Assembly: GCA_963674745.2 (NCBI GenBank)
Contig: CAXXDV010000001.1
Coordinates: 96,001 to 160,000 of the forward strand
Direction: 5' to 3'
Source of the DNA: Desulfosudaceae bacterium
GTDB lineage: Bacteria; Desulfobacterota; Desulfobacteria; Desulfobacterales; Desulfosudaceae
DNA length: 64,000 nucleotides
The position numbers and the translations under genes are program-made. The notes under the pieces are model-generated. The model saw nothing but the letters and a program-made list of their open reading frames with translations, did not search any database and was not told the origin of the DNA. Every line of letters starts with the position of its first letter. Positions within the stretch are counted from its first letter, which is position 1. Of this stretch, positions 50,488-61,099 are shown one piece after another.

Positions 50488-52323
50488 TTATCTTTCCGTA
50501 GTATGGGCCTCGTTTTTGATCCGTCTTAACCTGTCTCTTTTGGTTTCCAGCAGTTGCTCCAGCAAGTTATCGTCATGGCTGTTTTCAGCCGCTTTTATCC
50601 GAGCACTTAAGTCATCTTCCCCGGCATGGCAACTGGCCACAAACTGCTGCACCAGTTTGTGGCAGTCGGACGCGTTCCATTCTTTGGGACTCAGCTCATC
50701 GCCTACCAGCAGGGAAGTCATCATCCGTTTCTGCTCATCATTATCAACCAGTTCAACCAATGCCATCATATCGGCTTTCGGCTCCGTGATTATCCGGCGA
50801 TGGTTTAATATAATTCTACCGATGGCCGCCAGATCATTATTATCGAAATTCTTTAGTATACCTGTCCGGTCTATTTCCGGCAACATAAAAGGTGCGTGCA
50901 GCATCATTTCAACCAGCTGTCTTTCTATCCGATATTTTCCGGAGCCAAAATCCGCGGGCTGCTTTCCGGGCAGCGGGATGTCACCGGCATTGCCGTGCCG
51001 GGCGGTAGCCCCGGATTTGATTTCAGCAACCGCTTTGTTTACCCGGTCCAGGACCGCGCGTTCTTCAATTTTGAGGCGTTCCGCCAGCTCCTTGACATAA
51101 AGCAACCGGGCCAGTTCATCATCAACAGCAGCCACCACGGTTTCCATTTCTGAAATCACCCTGAGTTTACCATCTACAGAAAGACCGTGTTTCTTGACCG
51201 CCTCATCTATCAAGAACAGCATGGCTTCCCGGGCATTGGCGGCCAGGTGTTGAAACTTCCCGGCGCCGTATTGCATCAGATAGGAATCCGGGTCATATCC
51301 TTCCGGCAGCGAAAGAATAAACGGTTTAATGCCTTTCTCCCCGGAAAACAGCTCTATCCCCCGCCGGGCGGCCTTGATGCCGGCTTCGTCCGAATCAAAC
51401 ACCATCACGGCCCGGGTGACATATCCTTTTAACAAATGGACGTGCTCAACCGTCATCGATGTGCCCAGGGTGGCCACGACATTCTGGATGCCATGCCGGT
51501 ATACCGCCAGAAAATCCATATATCCTTCAGTAATATATACGGTCTCCGTTTCCCGGCACTTCTGTTTGGCCGATTCCAGCCCGTAAAGCGTTCGCCGCTT
51601 GTTATAAAGCGGGGTTTCGGGGGAATTCAGGTACTTGGGCAAAGAATCATCAAAAACCCGGCCACCGAAAGCAATAATCCGGCCGGCCACATCGGTTATG
51701 GGGAACATGAGCCGGTTCCGGAATCGATCGTAGTATCCGCCGGATTGTTTTTTGACAACCAGACCGGCCTGTTCCAGAACCCGCGGCGGGAAACCCTTGT
51801 TGCTCAAATAACTCAACAGGTTGTCCCAACCTGCCGGTGCAACGCCCAGCTTGAAGTGATCGACGATATCCTTTGTCAGCCCACGTTTGGCGACATAGGA
51901 CCGGGCCGGTGCGCTCTGAGGGTCGTCTATTAATTTTTGATGAAAATAGTCGGCCGCCATGGCATTTGCTTTAAGCAGCCGCTGTCTTTCGGATTCGGCC
52001 TTCTTCTGTTCCGGTGTTCTTTGCTCCTGGGGCAGGGAAATTCCGTATCGCCGGGCAAGCATCCGGACGGCTTCCGGGAACGAAATCCCCTGATGTTTCA
52101 TCAGAAAACTAAACACATTGCCGCCTTCATGACAGCCGAAGCAATGAAATATCTGTTTATCGGGACTAACCGTGAAGGAAGGGGTTTTTTCCTGGTGAAA
52201 GGGACAAAGTCCAAGAAAATTTTTTCCGGACTTTTTCAGAATAACGGCTTCTGACACGATATCCACAATATTCGCGGTATTTCGAATTTCCGAGATTTTG
52301 TCTTCAGGAATATAGCCGGACAA
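50488..52323 (-). CDS. dnaG: DNA primase
   Basis: [11 protein letters not shown]...[37 protein letters not shown] and DPD. Confidence 0.98.
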   Translation of the reverse strand: MSGYIPEDKISEIRNTANIVDIVSEAVILKKSGKNFLGLCPFHQEKTPSFTVSPDKQIFHCFGCHEGGNVFSFLMKHQGISFPEAVRMLARRYGISLPQEQRTPEQKKAESERQRLLKANAMAADYFHQKLIDDPQSAPARSYVAKRGLTKDIVDHFKLGVAPAGWDNLLSYLSNKGFPPRVLEQAGLVVKKQSGGYYDRFRNRLMFPITDVAGRIIAFGGRVFDDSLPKYLNSPETPLYNKRRTLYGLESAKQKCRETETVYITEGYMDFLAVYRHGIQNVVATLGTSMTVEHVHLLKGYVTRAVMVFDSDEAGIKAARRGIELFSGEKGIKPFILSLPEGYDPDSYLMQYGAGKFQHLAANAREAMLFLIDEAVKKHGLSVDGKLRVISEMETVVAAVDDELARLLYVKELAERLKIEERAVLDRVNKAVAEIKSGATARHGNAGDIPLPGKQPADFGSGKYRIERQLVEMMLHAPFMLPEIDRTGILKNFDNNDLAAIGRIILNHRRIITEPKADMMALVELVDNDEQKRMMTSLLVGDELSPKEWNASDCHKLVQQFVASCHAGEDDLSARIKAAENSHDDNLLEQLLETKRDRLRRIKNEAHTTER

Positions 52324-52340
52324 CGCCCTCTCCCTTGACG

Positions 52341-53075
52341 CTACACCATTTTCCCGGCAGCGGCGGCAATCGCCTCGGGGAGATTCACATCTCCCTCATA
52401 CAGGGCCCTTCCGATAATCACGCCGATCACGCCCGGGTCTTTCATGTTTGCCAGCGCGCGGATATCGTCCACGACTGAGACACCTCCGGAAGCGACCACG
52501 GCGATATCAACTTCCGCCGCGAACTTTTCTGTAGCGGATATGTTCGGTCCGGTCCGCATGCCGTCCCGTGATATATCCGTAAAATTGATCGCCGACAGCC
52601 CGATCCCTTCAAATTGTCTGGCCAGGTCCACCGCGGAAACATCCGTCATTTCAACCCAGCCTTCGATGGCAACCCGACCGTCTCTGGCATCAATGCCCAG
52701 CACGATCTGATCCGGAAACGCCCGGCAGGCCGCGGTCACCATTTCCGGGTTGTTGACCGCCCCGGAACCGATAACGACTTTGGCCACACCCAGGTCAAGA
52801 TACATCTTCACGGTATCCACATCACGGATACCGCCGCCGACCTGTATCGGCACCGAAACACCTTTGATAATCCGCTCGATAGCCGCCAGGTTCTGAGGCC
52901 GCTTGTTGACGGCACCGTCCAGGTCGACCACATGAATCAACTCAGCCCCCAGATCCGCCCATTTTCTGGCCATCTCCGAAGGATCGTCTGAAAAAACGGT
53001 CTCGGCATCCATTCTGCCCTGAAGCAGACGGACACACCTGCCGTCTTTTATATCAACCGCCGGTATAATGATCAT
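52341..53075 (-). CDS. hisA: ProFAR isomerase
   Basis: IIPAVDIKDGRCVRL, HVVDLDGA, QVGGGIR, TDISRDG and ASGGV. Confidence 0.97.
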   Translation of the reverse strand: MIIIPAVDIKDGRCVRLLQGRMDAETVFSDDPSEMARKWADLGAELIHVVDLDGAVNKRPQNLAAIERIIKGVSVPIQVGGGIRDVDTVKMYLDLGVAKVVIGSGAVNNPEMVTAACRAFPDQIVLGIDARDGRVAIEGWVEMTDVSAVDLARQFEGIGLSAINFTDISRDGMRTGPNISATEKFAAEVDIAVVASGGVSVVDDIRALANMKDPGVIGVIIGRALYEGDVNLPEAIAAAAGKMV

Positions 53076-53095
53076 GAAACGTCAGTGCGCCTTTC

Positions 53096-53683
53096 TCAGA
53101 TACAGCCTTTGGTAGACATCGGCCCCGATATCCGTTCATCCCGGCGGGTGGCCTCGTCCAGCGCCCGGCCCGTCGCCTTGAACATGGATTCAATGACATG
53201 ATGTTCGTTGTCACCGTAAAGCATATTAATATGAAGCGTCATGCCGGCGTTTGTCGAAAAGGCCCTGAAGAACTCTTTTGCCAGGGAAAGGCCGAAACCG
53301 GTTTCCGAAAAAGCGGGTACAGGCGCGTTGAACACCAGAAAAGGCCGGTTGGAAAGATCGATGGCGACCGACGCCAGACACTCGTCCATGGGCGTAACAG
53401 CATAGCCGTATCGCTTGATGCCGTTTCTGTCACCCAGCGCTTTTTTGACGGCTTCACCCAACATCAGGCCGACATCCTCGACCGTGTGGTGAAAGTCAAC
53501 CTCGATATCGCCTTTGGCTTTCAGGGTGAGATCAAAAAATCCGTGGGCGGAAAAAAGGGTCAGCATGTGGTCAAAAAAAGGAATGCCGGTAGAGATATCC
53601 CGCTTGCCGGTGCCGTCCAGAACAATACTGATGTCAACCTGCGTTTCTTCTGTTTTTCGTGACGCAGTTCCAGATCGTTCCAT
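53096..53683 (-). CDS. hisB: Imidazoleglycerol-phosphate dehydratase
   Basis: RKTEET, TGIPFFDHML, HHTVED, PMDE, NEHH..E and STKG. Alternative starts lie up to 53692. Confidence 0.97.
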   Translation of the reverse strand: MERSGTASRKTEETQVDISIVLDGTGKRDISTGIPFFDHMLTLFSAHGFFDLTLKAKGDIEVDFHHTVEDVGLMLGEAVKKALGDRNGIKRYGYAVTPMDECLASVAIDLSNRPFLVFNAPVPAFSETGFGLSLAKEFFRAFSTNAGMTLHINMLYGDNEHHVIESMFKATGRALDEATRRDERISGPMSTKGCI

Positions 53684-53779
53684 CACCATCACCTGTAAAA
53701 AATATCTGTTCGATCAATGCAGGCAGACAGCCGGAAATCGTTACTTAAAAACATGATCCACCGGTCATGCCTGTTATTA

Positions 53780-53855
53780 TGGTGGAGATGAGGGGGCTCG
53801 AACCCCTGACCTCGGCATTGCGAACGCCGCGCTCTCCCAGCTGAGCTACATCCCC
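53780..53855 (-). tRNA. tRNA-Ala (anticodon CGC)
   Basis: GGGGATGTAGCTCAGCTGGGAGAGCG-CGGCG-TTCGCAA-TGCCG...GGTTCGAGCC...CATCTCCACCA, with the G3:U70 identity pair and encoded CCA. Confidence 0.95.
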
Positions 53856-54040
53856 AGTGTAAAACTTGATTTAATTATCAGCAGTAAATCAATATGTCAA
53901 GAAGCAATCAGCCACCGGTAAAAATAAAAAAGCTTTTAAACTCAGACCATTATAGTTGAAACAAATCCCCCCGGGCTATCCTGATAAAAATATAAAGAAA
54001 TTACGGATAGTTAGCCATAAAAAACCGCCCCAGAAAAAAC

Positions 54041-54069
54041 TTGCCAGAACGATACATTCTATATATAAT
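54041..54069 (+). promoter_or_regulatory. Putative sigma70 promoter of the GGDEF gene
   Basis: TTGCCA-N17-TATAAT. Confidence 0.55.
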
Positions 54070-54127
54070 TCTTTAAAATTGTATGTCAAGAAAAATCAGG
54101 CACTATATATAGATATAAAAATAAGCC

Positions 54128-55225
54128 ATGTTTAAACTGGTTCCAACCGAAGACTACCGTCAAGCCGTAAGAATCCGCCGTTTTTTTCTGGCTGTTTACG
54201 GTTATATGGTATGGATGCTGACAATCCTGGCCGGCCAGATGGTGGGGTTATCCCACTGGTCATATCCGACTATTGCCGCCTGCTGGGCGATGATGTTTTT
54301 GGGCATGGGCGTTGTCTACCTCCTGCTGCGGACCGGATTCAATAAACGCTTTAAAGACCCCAGCCTGACCGTTCTGCAAATGGTGCTGGCCTGCGTCTGG
54401 GCGGGCGTAGCCACCTACTACACGCTCAGCCCCATCCGGGGCAGCATCATCGCCCTTTATGTGATTATTTTTGTCTTCGGCATCTTCCGCCTGTCCTTAA
54501 AAGATTTTTTCGCCATGGTGGCGGTGGCTATCATTACCTATGCCGGTGCGGTTGCCCTGCTTTACCACCATCATCCGGAAATGGTCGACCGTTCTCTGGA
54601 AACCGTCCGGACCACCCTGCTGGTGGTGGCGCTGTTGTGGTCTTCTTTGATCGGATCGTATATCAAGAAGCTGAGAGAAAAAATGGTCAGGACCAACACG
54701 GAATTGCAGAGCGCCCTGAAACGAATCGAGCAACTGGCCATTCACGATGAATTGACCGGTGTTTACAACCGGCGGCACCTGATCGACATCCTGGAGCGGG
54801 AAAAAGCCCTGGCCGACCGTACCGGCGTTAATTTTGCGGTGTGCCTGCTCGACCTTGACGATTTCAAGCAGATCAATGACACCTATGGTCACCTGGCCGG
54901 AGATACGGTGCTCAGGAATTTTTCCCAGGCCATCAAAGAGGATATTCGCCGGGAAGATTATGTTGCCCGGTATGGCGGCGAAGAATTCATTATCCTTTTT
55001 ACCGGTGCCCGGTGCGTGGACAACGGTACCGACTGTGCTATGAGACTTCAGGCCGTCACCCGGCGGCTGACATTTGAAGATGTCCACCCGTCAATCCGCG
55101 TGACGGTCTCCATCGGCATGACGATTTACCGTTTTGATGAATCCATAGATGATCTTCTGTCCAGAGCGGACACGGCCATGTACCGGGCCAAAAACGCTGG
55201 CAAGGACAGGGTGGAATATCTCTGA
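54128..55225 (+). CDS. Membrane-bound diguanylate cyclase
   Basis: Multiple TM helices, DELTGVYNRR, DLDDFKQINDTYGHLAGD, an RxxD I-site (RRED), RYGGEEF and ADTAMYRAK. Confidence 0.95.
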   Translation: MFKLVPTEDYRQAVRIRRFFLAVYGYMVWMLTILAGQMVGLSHWSYPTIAACWAMMFLGMGVVYLLLRTGFNKRFKDPSLTVLQMVLACVWAGVATYYTLSPIRGSIIALYVIIFVFGIFRLSLKDFFAMVAVAIITYAGAVALLYHHHPEMVDRSLETVRTTLLVVALLWSSLIGSYIKKLREKMVRTNTELQSALKRIEQLAIHDELTGVYNRRHLIDILEREKALADRTGVNFAVCLLDLDDFKQINDTYGHLAGDTVLRNFSQAIKEDIRREDYVARYGGEEFIILFTGARCVDNGTDCAMRLQAVTRRLTFEDVHPSIRVTVSIGMTIYRFDESIDDLLSRADTAMYRAKNAGKDRVEYL

Positions 55226-55943
55226 GGGTTCAAGGATTCGAGGGTTCAAGGGGTCAAGGGGTTTAAAGAGGCAGGGGCCTGCGGATACCGGGGGTTCCAG
55301 CTTAAAGTTTTAGGGTTTTAAGGTTTTAAGGTTTTAGAGTTTTAGAGTTTTAGGTTTCAAGGGATTTTCTGGGCTTCGAGTTTAAGTGGTTAAGTGTTTA
55401 TGTGATTAAGTGGTTAGGTGGTCGGGGTGTGAGAAGTGGGGACGGCCCGCTTTGCGGGAGTAAAGTCGGGGTTGGAGGTTGTAGGGGCACGGCGTGCCGT
55501 GCCCTTTTATCGGGCGGCACGGGGGCCTGGCCCTACATCGTTCATGAACATTTCCCACGACCTGTAGGGGCAACCCCCTGTGGTTGCCCTTCACCGGGCA
55601 GGCACGGGGGCCTGCCCCTACAATTGTTCATGAACATTTCCCACGGAATCATGAACATTTTCCGCGGCCTGTAGGGGCACGGCGTGCCGTGCCCTTTTAT
55701 CGGGCGGCCACGGGGGCCTGGCCCTACATCGTTCATGAACATTTCCCACGACCTGTAGGGGCAACCCCCTGTGGTTGCCCTTCACCGGGCAGGCACGGGG
55801 GCCTGCCCCTACAATTGTTCATGAACATTTCCCACGGAATCATGAACATTTTCCGCGGCCTGTAGGGGCACGGCGTGCCGTGCCCTTTTATCGGGCAGGC
55901 ACGGGGGCCTGCCCCTACATTTTTCATGAACAACCGCCCCTAC
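55226..55943. repeat. Composite repeat island with three octamer arm types and a higher-order REP array
   Basis: TTCAAGGA, TTTTAAGG and AAGTGRTT arms, CCCGCTTTGCGGG, then 190/191-bp units starting at 55481, 55671 and 55862. Confidence 0.92.
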
Positions 55944-55992
55944 GGTGACATACCCGGGCTATGACAACGATTTTAAAATACGCTGCAGCTTT

Positions 55993-58173
55993 TTATCTTC
56001 CGGAAAATATTCCAGGGCCTGCATGATGACGTCCCGGGCTTTGGCCTCTTCTTTCTGACTTTTGTAAAACCGGTAAACCCGCACAAAAAAAATCTTTTTG
56101 GACCACTTCTTCCCGGTCGACATAGGCCAGGGCTTGCTGGTAGGCCGTCCCGGCGGCCTGATAACGGCCTAAAGAGGCCAGGTAATCGCCAAAGGCCATG
56201 TATGACCCCACCCGCTCCGGCAACGCCTGTTTCATCTCGTTGTCCGTCACTCCGACCCAGGCCATCAATGCCAGGCAGGCGTCCGTATTTCCCGGATCAT
56301 CCATCATGGCCTCTGTTAAGGTCGTCATGGCCTCTTCCGGCCGGTTGTTTTCAAACAACGCGGCAGCGTAATTCAGATAGGCGCTGATGTGATTATGGCT
56401 GACCTCCATGGCCGCTTGCAGCAAGGGCCCGGCCACATCCATATTCCCCTGCCGGGCAAAAAACCGGCCCGCGTCCTGGAGCGCCTGAACGTTCAGGGGA
56501 TCAAGCCGAACGGCCCGCTGAAAATGATTACGGGCGCTTTCGCTATCATCTTGCATGACAGAAGCGTTGGCGGCTGCCAGATGATATGTCGCGTTCAGGG
56601 GATCCGCGGCAGCGGCCCGTTCATAGGCCCGCCGGACCGTATTCACTTCCTGTTCAGGCATATCCGTCAGGGAGGCGTCCGAAAAATCATAAACATGATG
56701 ATTGGCCTTCAACACCCCGCCGTGAACCATAAACATGGCCATAAAAAAAACGGCGGCGATCAACCGGACCAGCCCCGGCTTGACGGTTGTTTCGGGTAAA
56801 TAGGTGACCCGGGAGCTTCCGCCGAACCGGGTATGGGCACCCGAAACCATGACCGCCAGCACCAGAAAGAAATAAAGTCCGTTGGCGCCGACCTGGAGGT
56901 TAAAATCCACAAACGAATGCAGCAGGATAGACATAACAGCCGCCATTGACCCGGCAAACAGGTAAATGGCCATTCGGCGTCGGCGTTTTTGATAATGACG
57001 GAAACAATAGAGAATGATTTGAAACAGGGCCAGCGCCATCAGGCCGGCCAGAACGATACCCCCGGTGGCTAGAAATTCGATGTAATCGCTGTGGGCGTGC
57101 TCCAGCCGGGCATCACCGGGAAAAGTCCGGAAGCGGGGATAAACCGCCTGCCACGTGCCCACGCCGCTTCCTGTAACCGGAAAATGCCGGATGATGGTCA
57201 GCCCGTCCTGCCAGTAGTGCGGGCGCCCGGTGTTCAATTCCCCGGCTTCATTATATACATCGCCGAACCGCTCAAAAATCCGGTCCCAGCCATTGGAGCC
57301 GGTCAATATCATGATGCACACAAAAAGCACAATGGTAACCAGACCGGCTTTTTTGTTTTTCGTTCTTTTCATCAGCCAAAGGGCCAGGGCGCCCATGGAC
57401 AGGGTCAATGACATGATGCCGCCCCGGGAAAGCGACACAAAAACAGAGGTGCCGATCAGAAGCGCGCTGAGGCCATATAAGAAATGGTAATTGACACGGG
57501 GGTGTAGCAGAAAATCTCTCAGCCGTTGTTTCCATGCTCTGCCCTTTGGTCCTGAACCCGGGCGGTAAACCAGAAACAGGCAGACTATCAGGGGAAAAAT
57601 CATCTCCATCAGGCCGGCATAATGGTTGCGGTTCACATACGGCCCGATGGATCCATCGGCATGGACGGACGGCCTGAGCCAGAAGATCTTGTCCAGAGGC
57701 AGGTCGGGATTCAACTGCCGGGTAATAAACTGAATGATGACCAGAAAAGACAGCACACCCGCAAAAACCGCAATGACGGCCAGGGTTTGTTTCAACCGTT
57801 TGTAATCGGAGAACAACTGGACGGCAATGAAATAAAAAACCAGGTAGGATAAAAACCGGGTGAACTCGAAAAACGTGGCCCGGGGATAAACAGAAAGCGG
57901 CATCCATGCCGAATCGTCCAGGGCACCGGCAGACTGGTGATAGATGGCGTATGATTCCGGGGAAAGCAGCCGCACCAGAAAGGGCGGCAGGGGGATCACC
58001 TGCAGCAGCAGGTAAGCGGCGATGAGCAGCAGGGGAACCAGGCCGGGCAGGTGATAGATTTTTTTATGCCGGGCGGAAAGGCAGAACAACAGGGCGGAAA
58101 ACCCGATCAGGATTTCCATGACGGCATAGGACCATGCCTCCACCGTGCCGAAAGCCAGTGGCGAAAAGATCAA
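55993..58173 (-). CDS. O-antigen ligase/Wzy-like membrane protein with C-terminal TPRs; apparent +1 frameshift near the 3' end
   Basis: PLAFG, GPYVNRNHYAG, SLSRGG, GSGVGT, HAHSDY, HSFVDFNLQ and TPR-like helices. The A8 tract at 56085-56092 shifts the last ~41 codons. Confidence 0.88.
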   Translation of the reverse strand: MIFSPLAFGTVEAWSYAVMEILIGFSALLFCLSARHKKIYHLPGLVPLLLIAAYLLLQVIPLPPFLVRLLSPESYAIYHQSAGALDDSAWMPLSVYPRATFFEFTRFLSYLVFYFIAVQLFSDYKRLKQTLAVIAVFAGVLSFLVIIQFITRQLNPDLPLDKIFWLRPSVHADGSIGPYVNRNHYAGLMEMIFPLIVCLFLVYRPGSGPKGRAWKQRLRDFLLHPRVNYHFLYGLSALLIGTSVFVSLSRGGIMSLTLSMGALALWLMKRTKNKKAGLVTIVLFVCIMILTGSNGWDRIFERFGDVYNEAGELNTGRPHYWQDGLTIIRHFPVTGSGVGTWQAVYPRFRTFPGDARLEHAHSDYIEFLATGGIVLAGLMALALFQIILYCFRHYQKRRRRMAIYLFAGSMAAVMSILLHSFVDFNLQVGANGLYFFLVLAVMVSGAHTRFGGSSRVTYLPETTVKPGLVRLIAAVFFMAMFMVHGGVLKANHHVYDFSDASLTDMPEQEVNTVRRAYERAAAADPLNATYHLAAANASVMQDDSESARNHFQRAVRLDPLNVQALQDAGRFFARQGNMDVAGPLLQAAMEVSHNHISAYLNYAAALFENNRPEEAMTTLTEAMMDDPGNTDACLALMAWVGVTDNEMKQALPERVGSYMAFGDYLASLGRYQAAGTAYQQALAYVDREEVVQKDFFCAGLPVLQKSERRGQSPGRHHAGPGIFSGR

Positions 58174-58239
58174 TACCGCCAGAAAGCAGAGATATGATAA
58201 TGTCCCGGCCAGTTATTCCCCCCCCTATTATGGATTTCT

Positions 58240-58383
58240 GTAGGGGCAACCCCCTGTGGTTGCCCTTCACCGGGCAGGCACGGGGGCCTGCCCCTACATT
58301 ATTCATGGACGCCCACCACGGCCCGTAGGGGCAACCCCCTGTGGTTGCCCTTCACCTGGGCAGGCACGGGGGCCTGCCCCTAC
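58240..58383. repeat. Two REP doublets
   Basis: Same REP pair as 40539-40823, with a related linker. Confidence 0.9.
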
Positions 58384-58469
58384 ATTATTACCCGAACCTA
58401 AAACATTTAACTTCATTCCGGGGCACAACACTCTACTAATTAAAAGACCGGACCCGGAGGCGGTCCATA

Positions 58470-60701
58470 TCAAACCTTTTCCTTTTCCTCGTCCGTATAA
58501 TACCGCCCGTAATACCGCCCGTAGGTCCGGTAATAATAATCATAACGGGCACGTTCCTGGTCCAGGGCATTGACGACATAACCCAATCCCTTGGCATTGA
58601 CACCGGACAGGATCTTTTCCCCCCGCAGCATGGAGTCATAGGTGGACACACCGGAACGGATGATCAGCAGGGTCTGGTCCACCGCCTTGCTGATCAGGAT
58701 GGCATCGGTGACCGTCAGCATGGGCGGCGAATCAATAATCACACAATCATAGCTTTCTCGCAGCCTGTTGAGGACCGTTTCCAGCCGGTGCGAACTGAGC
58801 AGCTCCGAAGGATTGGGTGGTATGGGCCCGGCCGGTACAAAACGCAAGAAGGGCAGATCCTCTTTTTTCCGGATGGGGATATCGGATTGACCGGCCAGGC
58901 AGGTACTCAGCCCGGTCTCGTTATCCAGGTCAAATACCCTGTGAATCCGGGGGCGCCGCATGTCCGCGTCAATCAGGATCACTTTAAGCTCGGACTGGGC
59001 AAAGGCCAGGGCCAGATTGGTTGCGGTAACGGTTTTACCTGTCTTGGGGTTCATGCTGGAGATCAGCACACTTTTGGGCGCGCCGTCCGAAGAGGACAAC
59101 AAGACAGCCGTTCGAATGGCCTTGTAATGTTCGGAAACAACCGACAGGGGCGCATCCTGGACAATTGTTTCGATTTTTCCGGTATGATCTTTTAAAAGCG
59201 GTACCGCCCCCATCAGCGGCAGGTTCAGCCGGGACTCAGCATCATCCACGGTTTTAACGGTGTTGTCCAGGTATTCCAGAAAAAAGGCCAGCCCCACGCC
59301 GAGCATCAGGCTCACCACAATGCCCGTCATCACCGAGCGTTTCATTTGTTTATTAAACGGGAATACAGGCACAGCAGCATCTTCCACCACCCAGACGTTA
59401 ATCGACGAACTGGTGTCGGTGGCGTCATATTCCTTGATCCGCTGCAGCATACGGTCGTATAGAAGGTTGTTGACGTTGACATCGCGCTTTAAAATTTCAT
59501 ACTGAATCAGTTTGTCATTCATCAAGGCGGCGCTCTGCTTGGTCTCATTGAGCAGGGTTTCCAGGTTGGCGGCCTGCTCCTGGGCCAGTTCATACTTGTT
59601 TTTAATCGACTGGATGACCCCCCGGATCTCCTGGTTCAGTTTTTCCTGTATGGACTGCAGGTCCTCCCTGGATCGAACCATGCGTGGGTGTTTTTCACCG
59701 ATGGATTTGGACAGGGTAACGATCTCCTGCTCCTGGTCGATCATGGTTTTGCGCAGGCTGGAAACAGTCGGGCTTTGCAATACCTCTGGCAGGTTCAGGG
59801 CTTCGGCCAGGGACATGCGGCTGATTTCCCGGTAAAGAGAAGACATTTCTTCCATTTCCGCCTGGACCTGGGTCAACCGGTCGCTCAGGGTGGAAATTTT
59901 CTGGGGAAAGGTTACCTCCCGATCGCCCACCGTGTAGATGTTCTGTTCTTTTTTATAAACCTGCAAGCGATATTCACTGGCTTCGAGCTTCTGCCGTTGC
60001 TGGGCGGCTTTTTCTTCCAGCCATTGCAGGGTTTCGGAAGTGGCCTGGGTGCGCATTTCCAGCAGAAACGCCTTGTACGCCGCCGACACGGTGTTTACGA
60101 TATCGGCCGCCAGCATGGGGTTGGTGGATACAAAAGAGACATCAACTACACTTCCGCCCTGTTCCTCATTGCGCATTACCATAATGCCGCCGCTGATCAT
60201 CCGGGCCAGGGACTGCTTCAATGTTTCTTCTTTTTCCGCCTCGGTCAGGGACGGCTTTTGCCCGTCCATTTTCTTTTGACGGCCCATGCTGGTCAGCCTG
60301 ATGCCGACATGAATCAAATTTTTAAACCATCGGCTGACTTTGTATAAAATCGACCCCCCGGAATTCATATTGGAAAAATACCGGCTGTAGGTTTCATCCA
60401 GCTTTAATTGTTCCACCACCTGGCGACCGACCTTATTGCTTTTGATAATCTGGGTCTGGGTGGCTAAGAAACCCGGGTCATAGCCGAACCGGTTGTTGCT
60501 CAACAGCATGGGGGCATTGTCTTTTTCGATCAGCAGTTTGGCAGACGCCCTGTACAGCGGGGTTTCGGAAAAGGCATTGATCAGGATCAGGGGCAGGCTG
60601 ACCGCGAAAACCAACAGGATAATATATTTTCGCCGTATCAGGATCCAGAGGTATTTCCTTAGATTGATTTCCTCTTCTTTAAAATCCAGCTCATCGGTCA
60701 T
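58470..60701 (-). CDS. wzc: Polysaccharide co-polymerase / tyrosine autokinase (Wzc/GumC family)
   Basis: EEINLRKY, two TM segments, coiled coils, Walker A-like PKTGKT, IDADMRRP, PPNPSELL, IIDSPP and a Tyr-rich tail. The start is placed at MTDELDF. Confidence 0.92.
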   Translation of the reverse strand: MTDELDFKEEEINLRKYLWILIRRKYIILLVFAVSLPLILINAFSETPLYRASAKLLIEKDNAPMLLSNNRFGYDPGFLATQTQIIKSNKVGRQVVEQLKLDETYSRYFSNMNSGGSILYKVSRWFKNLIHVGIRLTSMGRQKKMDGQKPSLTEAEKEETLKQSLARMISGGIMVMRNEEQGGSVVDVSFVSTNPMLAADIVNTVSAAYKAFLLEMRTQATSETLQWLEEKAAQQRQKLEASEYRLQVYKKEQNIYTVGDREVTFPQKISTLSDRLTQVQAEMEEMSSLYREISRMSLAEALNLPEVLQSPTVSSLRKTMIDQEQEIVTLSKSIGEKHPRMVRSREDLQSIQEKLNQEIRGVIQSIKNKYELAQEQAANLETLLNETKQSAALMNDKLIQYEILKRDVNVNNLLYDRMLQRIKEYDATDTSSSINVWVVEDAAVPVFPFNKQMKRSVMTGIVVSLMLGVGLAFFLEYLDNTVKTVDDAESRLNLPLMGAVPLLKDHTGKIETIVQDAPLSVVSEHYKAIRTAVLLSSSDGAPKSVLISSMNPKTGKTVTATNLALAFAQSELKVILIDADMRRPRIHRVFDLDNETGLSTCLAGQSDIPIRKKEDLPFLRFVPAGPIPPNPSELLSSHRLETVLNRLRESYDCVIIDSPPMLTVTDAILISKAVDQTLLIIRSGVSTYDSMLRGEKILSGVNAKGLGYVVNALDQERARYDYYYRTYGRYYGRYYTDEEKEKV

Positions 60702-60775
60702 TTTATCTTTTTCCTGGTTATTTTTATTCCTGGTGCTGATTTTTCTGAGAATTAACCCCTTAACCCGCGAATGTC

Positions 60776-61056
60776 GTAGGGGCGGCCCCCTGTGGCCGCC
60801 CAATGACAGGGCACCCACAGGGGGGTGCCCCTACAAGGGCAGAAACACCTCAGGCCGATAACCACCTGAAACCCTAACGCCCTGAAACGTTAAAACCCCT
60901 TGCGAAGCAGGCACCTGAAACCTTAAAACCCCGACCCCATAATCACATAATCACATAATCACTTAATCACTTAATCACCCGAAACCCAATCGGGCACGGC
61001 ACGCCGTGCCCCTACATAGTCACCCTAAAACTTTAACACCTTAAAACTTTAAAACT
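60776..61056. repeat. Composite repeat island within the polysaccharide locus
   Basis: REP doublet at 60776-60834, C/A octamer arms, a GCGAAGC mini-hairpin and GGGCACGGCACGCCGTGCCCCTAC. Confidence 0.8.
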
Positions 61057-61099
61057 GTTACTTACGCGTTTGGTTCCGGGTCGAGCATGGTCCGCACCC

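Noticed and set aside
48009..53855. Prophage or integrative island at either tRNA
   Set aside because: No integrase, no duplicated tRNA 3' end, and the flanking genes are housekeeping.
60702..60818. N-terminal extension of Wzc in the ORF track
   Set aside because: It starts inside a REP doublet; the family-like N-terminus begins at ATG 60701.
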